DNA of 64,000 nt, taken from a virus. Under the pieces are notes generated by a model. The model ran no database searches. It had not been told where the DNA came from and saw only the letters and a program-made list of their open reading frames with translations. The first letter of the stretch is position 1. Every line of letters begins with the position of its first letter. Of the stretch, positions 20,317 through 31,592 are shown in pieces. Location of the stretch: the IMG/VR virus record IMGVR_UViG_3300038299_000097, positions 1 to 64,000 of that record. The stretch is one strand, 5' to 3'. The position numbers and the translations under genes were made by a program.

Positions 20317-21237
20317 TTAATTATCATCGGGAGTCCATTCTTCGCCAACAACACCAACAGTATTTAACACAGGGGGTGTTTGATGGGAGTCAAATTGGTT
20401 GTTTCTAGCATACTCATCCTGTTTGTATTTATCAATATTATCTTTCTCCCAAGACTCAAGCTTGGTCATAACATATTTACAGAACTGACTACGAACGATA
20501 TCCTCAACACCGAACTGCCATTTGAAGAATCCGTTACGCTTGTTGTCGAAGTCGTCAGAAGGGTCGAAAATCTCGGCAAACTTCACAATATCATTCTGGG
20601 TATACCCTGACAGATCAGATTGTTTTGGATCGTAACAAAACCAAATTCTACCCTTCTCGGCCATTCGTGAGATGATAGTAACTAACTCGTCGAAAATTAG
20701 GTTCTGTGCCTCGTCTACGATGACAGCACAGTTTGCTAGATTTCGACCTCGAAGATAACAAGTTGATTCCATCTTTACAAACCCACCATCCATGAGTAAT
20801 TTTATTTGTTCGGGTGGTAGAAGTTCTTGAAGCTTATCATCTAATGGGGACTGGTATACACCCATTTTATCATCAATGGACCCGGGCAAGAAGCCTAATT
20901 TATGGGGTGAACTATCAACCGCAGAACGGACATAATATATCTTTTCGATCTTACCTTCAGCCATAAGTTTTAGAGCACTATAAACAGCCGTAAGGGTCTT
21001 TGAAGTTCCCGCAACACCAGATATGAAACCACATGTGATATCAATAGGTTCTAGACAGTCGATGGTGTCACACTGCTCATCAATTGTAAATTTCTGTTTT
21101 TTGGTTAGTGAATTTATTAAAATTTTCTGGTTTTCAGTCCAAGGTATCCTCTTAGCTCTTTCGAAATTAAGCTTACAAGGTAGACGGACTTCTTTTTGGG
21201 GGGTGTATATCTTTTTAGTTTTAGTTTTAGTTGGCAT
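20317..21237 (-). CDS. phoH: PhoH-family ATPase
   Basis: GVAGTSKT, LGFLPG, YLRGR, IVDEAQN, QSD and DIVRS motifs. Confidence 0.92.
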   Translation of the reverse strand: MPTKTKTKKIYTPQKEVRLPCKLNFERAKRIPWTENQKILINSLTKKQKFTIDEQCDTIDCLEPIDITCGFISGVAGTSKTLTAVYSALKLMAEGKIEKIYYVRSAVDSSPHKLGFLPGSIDDKMGVYQSPLDDKLQELLPPEQIKLLMDGGFVKMESTCYLRGRNLANCAVIVDEAQNLIFDELVTIISRMAEKGRIWFCYDPKQSDLSGYTQNDIVKFAEIFDPSDDFDNKRNGFFKWQFGVEDIVRSQFCKYVMTKLESWEKDNIDKYKQDEYARNNQFDSHQTPPVLNTVGVVGEEWTPDDN

Positions 21238-21297
21238 ACACTAATACTTACCCAGAACATAAAGCTAATACTAGGTTTATTTTACATAATTAAAGTC

Positions 21298-22968
21298 ATG
21301 AGCAACTCAGACGATTCAACACCTGTAATACCCGAAGGTTGGACAGCATCAACAAACTTAAATTCATCCATTAGAACTTATGCTGATGTGGCACACCGTG
21401 TTAAAATACGTCTAGGGTATCCATCTAATGATATTAATGCCAGTGATGAGGCTATAGCCAACCACATTAATGAGGCGGTTGAATTATATACTAGGTATGC
21501 TGGTTATGACGAAGAGTATGTTATATTCTGTGATAGTGCGTTAACCAATGGTTGTGAGATAAAGCTTGATGACCTAGTTGACCAATGTTATGCCTGTGGT
21601 AATGGTGATTCATTAATACCAGATCCATCACTATCGGCAGATCCAGCATCAGATCCAGCACTGAGTGCCAGCACATTTATAAGTGCTACTAGTGTAACAG
21701 ATACTTTGTTAGGTAGTTCAAATTCATATGTAGGTATGGACACATCGGTGTCTAGTAGTAGCTCACAAGTTGTAAACGCCCCTACAGAGTCAATAGATAT
21801 TTCAGAGTTGGAAGTTACATTCGATCCAACCAACCCATGGGACTTTAGTGTGTGTGATGCCAATAGGGTGATCATAACACCACTGTCATCATATGCAGCC
21901 ACTGAATCACTATCACCCGTTATGGATGCATGGGTGACCGTAACAGGTGGTATTGGTCAAATATACCCACCAAACTGGGAAGGTAAGGATCAGTGTCTAC
22001 CACTGGACGAATGGTGGGGCTTATCTGGACTCTCTGGGTTCGATCCTACCACAGCGACCCATGCAATCATTACGAACGTACCTGCGTGTACTGTGGGTGG
22101 TTTACAGTCATTAGAATTAAATACAGGAAGGGCTGCATCTTTCAGAACAAAAGATAAGAAACTCGATACATGTGGTTATATACCTGCACAGGTTGAGTTT
22201 GTTATTAACCACAACCCACCTACAGGACTTTCTGGGTCTTTCGGTGTGGAGAAGAATACAGGTTTCAAACTTATACTTGAGAGTGAACCAGATCAATTCC
22301 AAGACACCAACCCTATATTAATGGATGTGGATTTCTATCAATCACTTAGTTCATTTGAGTATGGTACCAAATACGAACTTATAGACACAGGGTTTAATGA
22401 TATAGACCTTGGTTCTAAACGTAAGGTGGTGGATGTGTTCTTCACAGATCCTACTGGTAAGAATCATGGGGATCTACTATTCAATTTTGAATATGCATTC
22501 ATGCAAGACATTTTCGGTTATGACGGTATGGGTAATAGAATTAGATCCCAAGGTTACGATCTTGTAACATATGACCTAAGTAGACAGTTCCTAGAGACTG
22601 TTGATAAATATTTTGGTGGTCGGACAATTGGTCACCAGTTCAATAAGAGAACACAGACACTTCGTATCAACCAAGGTAACCATAACAATTATGCAGCAAA
22701 TAGTTGTTACTTAATTGGTATACACCTTGAGAGATCCATAGCTGACATATTACCAGAACGATGGATTACTGATTTTGTAACCGCTATGACTAAGATAACT
22801 ATAGGTAACACACTTACCAAATTTGGTGGTGCTACGACACTTGGTGGTCTTACTATTAATGGTAATGATGTATTATCACAAGGTATCCAAGAGAAGGAAG
22901 AGTTATTAAAATGGCTTCGTGAAGATAATTCCGAAGGAGGCTTTGACAAACCTGTGTATATTTACTAA
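21298..22968 (+). CDS. neck protein (T4 gp13-like) with a large central insertion
   Basis: N-terminal RLGYP..DI....E.I...I.EA...Y and C-terminal W...F.TA..K...G..L.KFGG...GG.TING; start ATG 21298 after TAATTA-N5. Confidence 0.8.
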   Translation: MSNSDDSTPVIPEGWTASTNLNSSIRTYADVAHRVKIRLGYPSNDINASDEAIANHINEAVELYTRYAGYDEEYVIFCDSALTNGCEIKLDDLVDQCYACGNGDSLIPDPSLSADPASDPALSASTFISATSVTDTLLGSSNSYVGMDTSVSSSSSQVVNAPTESIDISELEVTFDPTNPWDFSVCDANRVIITPLSSYAATESLSPVMDAWVTVTGGIGQIYPPNWEGKDQCLPLDEWWGLSGLSGFDPTTATHAIITNVPACTVGGLQSLELNTGRAASFRTKDKKLDTCGYIPAQVEFVINHNPPTGLSGSFGVEKNTGFKLILESEPDQFQDTNPILMDVDFYQSLSSFEYGTKYELIDTGFNDIDLGSKRKVVDVFFTDPTGKNHGDLLFNFEYAFMQDIFGYDGMGNRIRSQGYDLVTYDLSRQFLETVDKYFGGRTIGHQFNKRTQTLRINQGNHNNYAANSCYLIGIHLERSIADILPERWITDFVTAMTKITIGNTLTKFGGATTLGGLTINGNDVLSQGIQEKEELLKWLREDNSEGGFDKPVYIY

Positions 22969-22976
22969 TTAACAAT

Positions 22977-25022
22977 ATGTCCACAGATTTTACAGATTTA
23001 GTAGAGGTGCGTTGTCCACTACTTGAACAACCTACTAACGATATGTGTGTAGGTGACTTGGTTAAGTTGTTAGCATATAACACAGCGGTGTTAGAGAGAA
23101 CATTACTTGACAACGTTGTACCAGCAGGTGTTATTTCGTACTACTCTGGTAGTTTATCCGAAATCCCAGCAGGTTTATTAGTTTGTGATGGTTCCTTCTA
23201 TGAGCCAGAGACATACCCAGAACTTTTCGAAAGCATCCATTATTCACACGGTAGGGCAGTATTACCAGATATCGGTTTTGCAGTACCAGATCTTCGCGTT
23301 AGTATAATCCAAGGTATGGCACTAAGCAGTGATACCATGGAAGACGAAGAACAAGATCTTTGGGTTGGTAACGAACCACTTATAGGTAGTCCTATAAGTG
23401 GTGATTATGTAGGGGCTTCCATATCACACAAAAATACGGAAGATGGTGGTTTTGTTACAGCAGGTTCACGATATTTTAAAGTTGCTATGATACCAGTTAT
23501 ATCAACTGGTGAAATATGTAATAGGGAGGAAATAACCTCAACATCTACTAGACCTTGTAGTATAACTGGTCTTAGTTTACACACACTGGCTATTGATAAT
23601 AATGAGTTGTGTATTCTTAACGAGTTTGGTGCAGTTAACAATTGTATACAACTACCTATACCCGATTATGAAATACGTTCTATAGGTGGTAATATATGCC
23701 TTTATAAAAATGGTGTATCTATAAGTTGTGTAACGGATGGCGGCGAAGGCGGTGGTGGTTTTACAAAGGGGTTTAAGAAAACCTATTTAGACACACCTAT
23801 TGCAATAATAGACCAATACGATGGATCGTTGACTACTACTATTGATTTAAATACACTAACTGGTGTAACAGTACCTTGGTGGGCGACTCATGCCATAGTG
23901 AAAGCTAGGACTTCTGCATATGTATCTGGTAAGGGAAAAAATGTTAGAAGTACTGTTAATGTAATGGGTACCGTGGTATCCCAAACTATAGTTAGGGCGG
24001 GTAGTTCTGGTAGTTCATACTCTAATTATACTTATGGGGGTCTCGCATTAGGGGTTGATGCTGATGGTGCTAATGATGAAGAAATTTATGGTAATGAAAG
24101 TAATGTAGTACCAGTACCACTAGATGTTACCAGCCTTGATATTATTATAACAAAGGAGGTGGGTTCTGGATCTAGTGCTGGAGGTAGTAACACAGCAGCC
24201 GCATATCTATACTTGTATGGGTTTGAAGGTGATGACACCACTCCTTTAGTAATAGCAGATACCTACCGAAGAGAATCTTTTGAACCAATACTTATAGATT
24301 TTGAAGATAGTGGTGCCGTTAGTGGTATTAGAAACTTCGACATATCCACACTTAGTGGTAATGGTCTTAGTGCTGGTGCTATTGATATACCAACATGGGC
24401 AACCAATGTATTACTTAAGGGTACTATGAGAACAACAGCCCCATATGCTTCAACGATGTATATTGATGATATTCCGTTTTTGGAAATGGAAAATTTTGGT
24501 CTTTCTAGTGATAATGTAATTGGTCACAATGTATTAATAGATTCATTCCCTATGTTATCTGGTTCAAATATTGAATATGAATTCGAGGGTAATGGTTTAT
24601 CCTCTTCATCATTCTTCAAACTACAAGCAGTTGGTTTCGAGGGTTATGTTGAAGGTACAATACCACCACGAGAGATTTTCAAACATGTAATAAAATATAC
24701 TGGTGAGGTAAATATACCAAATAATGGAACTACCAACATTCCGTCCGTAATACCTTGCCCATCATGGGCTGAAGGTGCTATAATTTTCTGTTGGGGTAGG
24801 ACATTTCTAGCTAGTGGTACGTTTAAAGCGAATGATATTTTAATGGGGAGCCATCAGTCAACGGGTGTAGATGATAGTACTTATATATCCAATACAGCGT
24901 TTATACCCTTCCTTGATGGGACACAGGACATAACTACTAGTTATGTGGGGGGTGGTGCTGGTAATAGCGGTTCGTTCAGAGTACAGGGATATTATGGTAA
25001 TGAACCCATAATAGTAACTTAG
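22977..25022 (+). CDS. tail fibre protein with a phage tail-collar domain
   Basis: VPAGVI..Y.G....IPAG.LVCDGS......YPELF..I...G..F.VPDLR; repeated distal domains (P.WA..). Confidence 0.8.
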   Translation: MSTDFTDLVEVRCPLLEQPTNDMCVGDLVKLLAYNTAVLERTLLDNVVPAGVISYYSGSLSEIPAGLLVCDGSFYEPETYPELFESIHYSHGRAVLPDIGFAVPDLRVSIIQGMALSSDTMEDEEQDLWVGNEPLIGSPISGDYVGASISHKNTEDGGFVTAGSRYFKVAMIPVISTGEICNREEITSTSTRPCSITGLSLHTLAIDNNELCILNEFGAVNNCIQLPIPDYEIRSIGGNICLYKNGVSISCVTDGGEGGGGFTKGFKKTYLDTPIAIIDQYDGSLTTTIDLNTLTGVTVPWWATHAIVKARTSAYVSGKGKNVRSTVNVMGTVVSQTIVRAGSSGSSYSNYTYGGLALGVDADGANDEEIYGNESNVVPVPLDVTSLDIIITKEVGSGSSAGGSNTAAAYLYLYGFEGDDTTPLVIADTYRRESFEPILIDFEDSGAVSGIRNFDISTLSGNGLSAGAIDIPTWATNVLLKGTMRTTAPYASTMYIDDIPFLEMENFGLSSDNVIGHNVLIDSFPMLSGSNIEYEFEGNGLSSSSFFKLQAVGFEGYVEGTIPPREIFKHVIKYTGEVNIPNNGTTNIPSVIPCPSWAEGAIIFCWGRTFLASGTFKANDILMGSHQSTGVDDSTYISNTAFIPFLDGTQDITTSYVGGGAGNSGSFRVQGYYGNEPIIVT

Positions 25023-25068
25023 TGTAATATAATTTGACACCACCGTAATCTTTCACTAACTAAAACTA

Positions 25069-25413
25069 GTGAAAGATTACGATAGACTACTATGTGGGTT
25101 TAAATCCAAAGAGGTAAATATCAAACATAAGGACAAAATCCTTAAGAGTGGTATTATGACAAACTGGATTTGTCACCCTTTCTATATGGAATTATTTATA
25201 GAAACCGAGAAAGGGAATGAGAAAATTAAACTCTACTACCCATTCTCCCAAGAGGAGTATGGTGATGATATAGGTATCGTAAAGAGGGAATTATATATGG
25301 ATTACCGTATATCAACATTTGGTGATGTCATAGGTAGTCATACATTAAATGACATTTCCAAGATGACCTATCACAAATTTCTAAACACCATTGTTAGTAT
25401 ATCCGAAATTTAA
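25069..25413 (+). CDS. hypothetical protein
   Basis: GTG start after TTGACA-N17-TAACTA-N6. Confidence 0.6.
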   Translation: MKDYDRLLCGFKSKEVNIKHKDKILKSGIMTNWICHPFYMELFIETEKGNEKIKLYYPFSQEEYGDDIGIVKRELYMDYRISTFGDVIGSHTLNDISKMTYHKFLNTIVSISEI

Positions 25414-25414
25414 T

Positions 25415-26110
25415 ATGAAGGGAGTTTTACTATTAGGCGGTAGTGGTTCGCGCCTAGCACCACTAAATGAAGTTTGTAATAAACACTTGATCAATGTTGG
25501 TGGTAAACCAATGGCTCAATGGAATGTTGAAAAGTTAGTGAGTGCGGGTATAACCGATATACTAATAATCACAGGGGGTGAACACATTGGCTCCATTGCA
25601 TCATATTTTAAAGGTGGTAATAAATTTGGTTGTAATATTACATACAAGATCCAAGAGACTGCTGGGGGTATAGCACAGGCTATTAAACTAGTGCATGGTT
25701 TTCTCAATGATGGTGATAAGTTTGTCACCATACTTGGTGATAATATATTCCAAGATACTATAAATGCATTGGTTGAATCACTTAGATCCAACAATACAGT
25801 TCTAACATACAAAGAGGTAGAAGACCCAGAACGTTTTGGTGTTATCGATTATGAAAATAATGTGATTATTGAAAAACCAGAGGTAGCCCCTTCTACACAT
25901 GCTGTGTGTGGTGTGTATGGATATACTTTCGATGACAAATTCAGAAACATACTGAATTGTTTATCAGCATCAGAAAGAGGTGAGTTAGAGGTAACCGATC
26001 TCAACAACGACCTTATGGATGAAACCGTGTTTATGGAACTTGAAGGGTGGTGGACAGACGCAGGAACACATGAATCCCTCAAACTGGCAAACCAATTAAT
26101 TTATGGATAA
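25415..26110 (+). CDS. glucose-1-phosphate thymidylyltransferase (RmlA/RfbA-like)
   Basis: GVLLLGGSGSRLAPL, NKHL, LGDN, RFGV, EKP, SERGELEVTD, WTDAGT. Confidence 0.9.
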   Translation: MKGVLLLGGSGSRLAPLNEVCNKHLINVGGKPMAQWNVEKLVSAGITDILIITGGEHIGSIASYFKGGNKFGCNITYKIQETAGGIAQAIKLVHGFLNDGDKFVTILGDNIFQDTINALVESLRSNNTVLTYKEVEDPERFGVIDYENNVIIEKPEVAPSTHAVCGVYGYTFDDKFRNILNCLSASERGELEVTDLNNDLMDETVFMELEGWWTDAGTHESLKLANQLIYG

Positions 26111-26912
26111 CGTACTAGTGTTAGGTAATGGCTTCTTAGGTAAGCAATACAAGAAGAATGGTTATACTGTTTGGGGTAGAGACCAATTAGATATAGACCC
26201 CAATAACATCGAGGGGTCGTTGGATGTATTATTCACTAAAGAGGTGTGTGATAAGTTCGACACTATAATCAATTGTATTGGTAATGCCAATACAAGGATG
26301 TGTGAAGACCCTTTATACTGGGATGTGGTGTATGCTATAAATGCACACCTACCAAAGGTTCTTTCGGGTCTGTGTGAACTACACGGTATTAAATTTGTAC
26401 AGATTTCGTCTGGTTGTGTTTATGACCAGAACAATGAACCACAAAGGGAGGACTCCTACCTATCATCACATTGTAGATATGTTGTATCTAAATTAGCAGG
26501 GGAGTTCAATTGTCATAGTAATGATCTTATATTAAGACCAAGACTTTACTTTGGTGAAACCAAGGACGGCAACAACCTACTAAGCAAGATCACCAATTTT
26601 AAAACATTCCTTACAGAGATGAATTCATACACCTCAGTACAGACCATCGTGGAGGCTACAGTGGCACTACTTAATAATGACTGCTCTGGTGTGTTTAACG
26701 TGGCCCAGAGGGGTGTGACGAACTTAGTTGATATTGCCGAGGCTGTCGGGTTGAAAGTGGGGGGAACCCTCTCAGGTAGCCAACTGAGAGATCAAGAGGG
26801 GTTATATCTAGTTAATAACATCATGGATATTTCCAAGCTTGAACAATACTATACACCGAGACCTATCATTACTGAAATTAAAAGGTGTTGGAATATCCTT
26901 AATATTAAATGA
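26103..26912 (+). CDS. NAD(P)-dependent sugar reductase/epimerase (RmlD-like)
   Basis: GNGFLG Rossmann motif, INCIG, SSGCVY, YxxxK (YVVSK). Confidence 0.85.
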   Translation: MDNVLVLGNGFLGKQYKKNGYTVWGRDQLDIDPNNIEGSLDVLFTKEVCDKFDTIINCIGNANTRMCEDPLYWDVVYAINAHLPKVLSGLCELHGIKFVQISSGCVYDQNNEPQREDSYLSSHCRYVVSKLAGEFNCHSNDLILRPRLYFGETKDGNNLLSKITNFKTFLTEMNSYTSVQTIVEATVALLNNDCSGVFNVAQRGVTNLVDIAEAVGLKVGGTLSGSQLRDQEGLYLVNNIMDISKLEQYYTPRPIITEIKRCWNILNIK

Positions 26913-26931
26913 TGTCTAACTAAATAGAATT

Positions 26932-27066
26932 ATGAACGATCTATTAGAAAAGTGTCACGAACTACTTTCAGAGTACAAGTCCATCCTTGAACAAGAGGGT
27001 GAACTAACAGAGGCTGAACAAATATACGAGACCATTTGTGAGATAGAAAGTTCTTTAGAAAGTTAG
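26932..27066 (+). CDS. small acidic helical protein (44 aa)
   Basis: MNDLLEKCHELLSEYKSILEQEGELTEAEQIYETICEIESSLES*, after TAAATA-N5. Confidence 0.55.
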   Translation: MNDLLEKCHELLSEYKSILEQEGELTEAEQIYETICEIESSLES

Positions 27067-27086
27067 TTTGTGGCATAATTAAACTC

Positions 27087-29699
27087 GTGGACATCCCTAG
27101 CAACATATCACTACCAGTATCATCTGATAACACACTATTTGATCTATTTAACTGTTATTTAGAATCGTTCTCTGCTGATATACCCTTAAGTGAGTATATT
27201 GATGTATTTGAAAAGGATGAACTAAAATTTGATTTATATCTTAAAACCCATAAATATTTAGGTGAGGATATATATACATTGTCTTCAGTAGCATTAAATA
27301 CAGATATTGTAACCGTAACCACTACACTAACAGATGGACAAAATAATTATAACCCTTTCGAAGATATCCCAGAAGGTGTATCATTTTCAATACCACTTTC
27401 CAGTTCTAGTCTTACAGATATCGGAGCTACTGCGGGGACTGGTCTAAACAACTCTGATGTCATATGGCAATTTGTTGACGGAATTGTAGAGGGGGCTTGG
27501 TTAAAAAGATCCGACGAAGAGTTTGTAACCAATACAGCTTGTATAAGATTACCTAGGGGTGTTACAGAATTCCGATTCCCTTATGCTAATAAGGGTCTAA
27601 GTGGTGAGGGTATAGATTGGACGGGTAAGGGTATTGATAATTGTTATGTTACCCCATATGTAAGCCAAGAGGAGAGGGAATTGGCTTCATATATTGAATC
27701 AGTATACTGGGGCGATAGAAGCGAACTAAGTTCCGTACAACCCATAGCACTTAACCAGACACAATTGGTAAACACTGGTGCTAAAGCCTCGAAGATTATA
27801 GAAGAGGCTGATCAGATACTGGTAAGATCTGAGAAGGATGCTGATGATAGTGACCTTGCATGGTTATTTAAGTTTGATAGAACAGAGTTACCTATATCAT
27901 GTGGTACTAATGTTATATATTACCCATTGTTTAGATTGGATGATTCAAATAGTGGTGTGATGTTCAATATATCACCAGACCAAACAGAGTCGAAACCCCT
28001 TAGTGGTTTACCTATAACAAAGACGATGTGTGGTGCTATAGCAGGACTAACACCAGACGATTCGGATCAAATTTTAAAACAGTCTGGCCAGTGTGAGAAT
28101 CCTACCGAGGGGGCTTGGCTACGTAGTTGTGAGCTATCTTCTATTGACACGGGTGGTAACACCATGTTCACGGCTGAGTTATCTGGTGGTGGGTTTATTG
28201 GTGGTGCTGGTGTTAGACAGACTGGTATACATATGGTCAGTAGATCTGGTGAGATATCAACTTTCGTCTGGGAGTTTGATGATCTAGATGCAACTCTAGC
28301 TATAAACGGATATGATCATGATAACTATTGTGATTATCTGGGTATAGATATATACAGCTCTATTATAAATCCTACCATTAGTGATGAATTAAACCAATGG
28401 AAGAGGTGTAACTGTAAGGCTGTTAACTATTCACCCATTGGTAACCCGTTAGGTAATTACGAATCATACAGAGCGTTCTCAGATGTTATATATGTAGATA
28501 GTGGTGTCGAGCCATTTTCCCTAGCCACATGGGAAGACCTAGATGGTAATGATTATAAAAATTCAGACCAATTTGCAGTATTCAATTACAGTGGTATACT
28601 CAGTGGGGTGGATGGGAAGGACATGGAGCCAGACGCAGGATATGGTATCGGGTACTGGGAAACTCTAAATGGTAAACCTCTAATACTTAAGAATGGTAGT
28701 AGTTATGTTTATAGACGCGCATCATTCGGCGGGTGTGATGATATTACAGCACCTCCGTTTGTTATTAATAATTGCCATTGTTATGATAAGAGTAACGATA
28801 ATATTTGTAGCACAGAGTGGGTCAAGATGGTTCGTGATGATGACGGTAGTTGGGAGTCCACTGATGAGGTAACCGATATGGTTCTAGATTCTGGTAGTTT
28901 CTATCAATATGTGAAGAAGGGTTCTACCAAATATCAAATTTATAAACAAGGTGAGTGGTATGACAAGTCCACAGAAACACCCAGCTTCTCGTTGAACATA
29001 CCTTTCGAGGAATCCAAACCGTACTGGGCATCATCACCAAACCTATTTGGGTTGAGTGTTGGTATAAGCGCGTTCGAGGCAGATTCCTATCTACTAACAA
29101 CACAACCAAAACCTTCGGGGATTATACTTACTGATGACATATACATGCAATATACCTCTAATGGTTGTGATCCTATAATTTGGAATCAAAATCTTAATTT
29201 TTCAATAGACCTAGATATACCAGATTCGTGGAGAAAAATAGAATTCTCGGACGAAACACCCGAGTTGTTAAGAAAAATAATAGGTTGCGGGACTTGTGAA
29301 TTGGTATTTCCTGACACACCCAATACTTGCGCCATCCGAGAAAATAAGTGTGATTCATTCTTCACGTCTATTAAAGCTATAGACGAACCATCTGATATGT
29401 TGTTGCGAACCCCTATAAACTGTAATGAGACAACCCAGTTCTTCTACTATGCGACCACAGGGTTTTCTTGGGAGCAGGAATATATCGATGTTATAAACGC
29501 TGATGATGCATTAGAAGTGTCATTGTTTTCTACCGCCAGCAAACCATGGGGCAATCTTTTAAATACTAACGATGCACTCATTAGAGTACACGAGAAAGAT
29601 GAAATACTCAAAACTAAATATGAGATAGGTATATTCAAACCAGAGAATGTAGGTCTTAATAAGATCGAGTGCTTCGGCATCCAAAACGAAATTTTATAA
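27087..29699 (+). CDS. large Cys-rich putative virion (baseplate/appendage) protein
   Basis: 870 aa and acidic; internal GA.AG....SD.I repeats; TAATTA-N5-GTG. Confidence 0.6.
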   Translation: MDIPSNISLPVSSDNTLFDLFNCYLESFSADIPLSEYIDVFEKDELKFDLYLKTHKYLGEDIYTLSSVALNTDIVTVTTTLTDGQNNYNPFEDIPEGVSFSIPLSSSSLTDIGATAGTGLNNSDVIWQFVDGIVEGAWLKRSDEEFVTNTACIRLPRGVTEFRFPYANKGLSGEGIDWTGKGIDNCYVTPYVSQEERELASYIESVYWGDRSELSSVQPIALNQTQLVNTGAKASKIIEEADQILVRSEKDADDSDLAWLFKFDRTELPISCGTNVIYYPLFRLDDSNSGVMFNISPDQTESKPLSGLPITKTMCGAIAGLTPDDSDQILKQSGQCENPTEGAWLRSCELSSIDTGGNTMFTAELSGGGFIGGAGVRQTGIHMVSRSGEISTFVWEFDDLDATLAINGYDHDNYCDYLGIDIYSSIINPTISDELNQWKRCNCKAVNYSPIGNPLGNYESYRAFSDVIYVDSGVEPFSLATWEDLDGNDYKNSDQFAVFNYSGILSGVDGKDMEPDAGYGIGYWETLNGKPLILKNGSSYVYRRASFGGCDDITAPPFVINNCHCYDKSNDNICSTEWVKMVRDDDGSWESTDEVTDMVLDSGSFYQYVKKGSTKYQIYKQGEWYDKSTETPSFSLNIPFEESKPYWASSPNLFGLSVGISAFEADSYLLTTQPKPSGIILTDDIYMQYTSNGCDPIIWNQNLNFSIDLDIPDSWRKIEFSDETPELLRKIIGCGTCELVFPDTPNTCAIRENKCDSFFTSIKAIDEPSDMLLRTPINCNETTQFFYYATTGFSWEQEYIDVINADDALEVSLFSTASKPWGNLLNTNDALIRVHEKDEILKTKYEIGIFKPENVGLNKIECFGIQNEIL

Positions 29700-31588
29700 T
29701 GTCAAAATTCAACTTTAAAGAGCGGTTCCCTATTATGGCAAATGTTGCTACACAGGATGACTCACCGAGTGTGTATAAGTTCAATGGTCAGAACTATTTA
29801 ATATCTGTGTTTTTAGATAATATGGATGACATATTTGAAGTACCTACTAGTGATATTATTTCTATACAAATCATTGATGATATGTTAGGATTTAACCACA
29901 CTGGTACACTCAAGTATAAGACACCCAATTTCTCATCTGCTAGATTTTTTAACAAAATTATTGCAGAGGCATCTGGTGATGAATCATGTAAGAAACTAGC
30001 AGAGGACGAGGGTGGTGCATTCCGCTTTAGAGGTTCTGGTTCTGAGATGGTTCATGTGAAGTTACAGGTTGTAAGAGAACGAAATAACAATGGTAAGATA
30101 GAGGAGAAGTCTAATGATATATTAATGCATACATATGTTGTAACTGATATTATAGACACAGGTGGTGCATTTAGTGATAAGCAATACACACTACAGATGG
30201 TGGGTATTGAGAGATATATTCTGGAACAATATAAGTTGAAAGACTTTGTAGCTGGTAACTCATCAAGAAATGTTTCCAACGAAACATTACTACAGTTACC
30301 CGACCATCCTATCAATAATGATTATGATGATAAGATTAGTTATAGGGCTGATAAAACTGGTGAGGCTATATATCACATAATGATGATGGCATATAATAAC
30401 TGGTCTGAATTGGTGGGTTGTGACCTACCATTCACAGACCTATTACCAGATATTAGAACCGAAGACTCTAATAACACCCAATTGACAGGAGGTTCTGTTC
30501 TCAAACAAAAATCGTTATTGGATATTTTGGGCAGAGGTACTGGAGGGGGTGCCCCTAGTGTAGTGAATTACCGAATAGATGTAGGCGATCAAGAGAATAA
30601 TGTATGGGTGTTTAAATCAAATGGTACAACTAAACAGGTAACTAAACAACCTACAGATTTCTGGGATTTTGGTTCTCCAGATAGTTGTTTATTCAGACAT
30701 TTTGGTCAAAATGTATCTACATGGGAGGTTGTGAACGAATACCTCAAAATGCATACATCAAGTATCACCACACAGGCATTGACTACTAATGGTGTGCATA
30801 ACGATAAATACGATCCATGTGTTCTTAAATTAGAAAGACCTAATAGTGCCTTAAGTAGGGGGAAGGTATCATTGCGTCCATTAGTATCATATTTTAACTC
30901 TGTAAAGTTGGGTGATAGTATGTCTGGGGCTGCATGGATGGGTTCATTTGAGTTTGATTTTAAGGACAATACTGGTAGTAATTTTGATGTGGTACCTAAA
31001 GTGTTGAGACCAATATTTTGTGGTGATGAACCGACTGAAGGTATCGAAGATTTCACATTTGAACCAACAAGTCCCACTGATGCATCATTGATGTTTAGGA
31101 CACATACCACAGAATATACCAAAGGTGGCGTAACAACTCCTAATATAAAGGATGGTGCCTTTGAAAATGTGAAAGCATATATAGGTTTCAATTACATCAA
31201 ACCTATATACCACTTATCACCACCCATAGATGGTAACTATACAGATCTGGTCAATGTTCATAATAATGGTACTGCCCATGATTTGAAAAACCCTCTTTCA
31301 TTTACATACCAAAGTTCCCCTACTATATCAGCACAGATGGCTGAGGGTCGTAACAAAGCATTAAAGGCATTCATTTTCATGAACGACTCTCTATCATTTG
31401 TAACCAAGGGTATTATAAATAGAACCTCTGGTATGTGCTTCAGTGCTACAACACCAAAGGTTGATCCAGATGATAAAATTCTGAATAGATTAAATGGTGT
31501 TTACCTTTGTTCTGGTATAACACACCGATTCGATTTCGAAGCAGGTTCGTACACCAATGATATATTAGGTGTTAGGTTTTATGAATAA
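29699..31588 (+). CDS. putative baseplate hub protein (gp27/gpD-like)
   Basis: N-terminal I.I.DD......GTL and C-terminal G...RT.G...G.YLC..ITH.F...Y.N motifs typical of hub proteins. Confidence 0.5.
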   Translation: MSKFNFKERFPIMANVATQDDSPSVYKFNGQNYLISVFLDNMDDIFEVPTSDIISIQIIDDMLGFNHTGTLKYKTPNFSSARFFNKIIAEASGDESCKKLAEDEGGAFRFRGSGSEMVHVKLQVVRERNNNGKIEEKSNDILMHTYVVTDIIDTGGAFSDKQYTLQMVGIERYILEQYKLKDFVAGNSSRNVSNETLLQLPDHPINNDYDDKISYRADKTGEAIYHIMMMAYNNWSELVGCDLPFTDLLPDIRTEDSNNTQLTGGSVLKQKSLLDILGRGTGGGAPSVVNYRIDVGDQENNVWVFKSNGTTKQVTKQPTDFWDFGSPDSCLFRHFGQNVSTWEVVNEYLKMHTSSITTQALTTNGVHNDKYDPCVLKLERPNSALSRGKVSLRPLVSYFNSVKLGDSMSGAAWMGSFEFDFKDNTGSNFDVVPKVLRPIFCGDEPTEGIEDFTFEPTSPTDASLMFRTHTTEYTKGGVTTPNIKDGAFENVKAYIGFNYIKPIYHLSPPIDGNYTDLVNVHNNGTAHDLKNPLSFTYQSSPTISAQMAEGRNKALKAFIFMNDSLSFVTKGIINRTSGMCFSATTPKVDPDDKILNRLNGVYLCSGITHRFDFEAGSYTNDILGVRFYE

Positions 31589-31592
31589 CACT

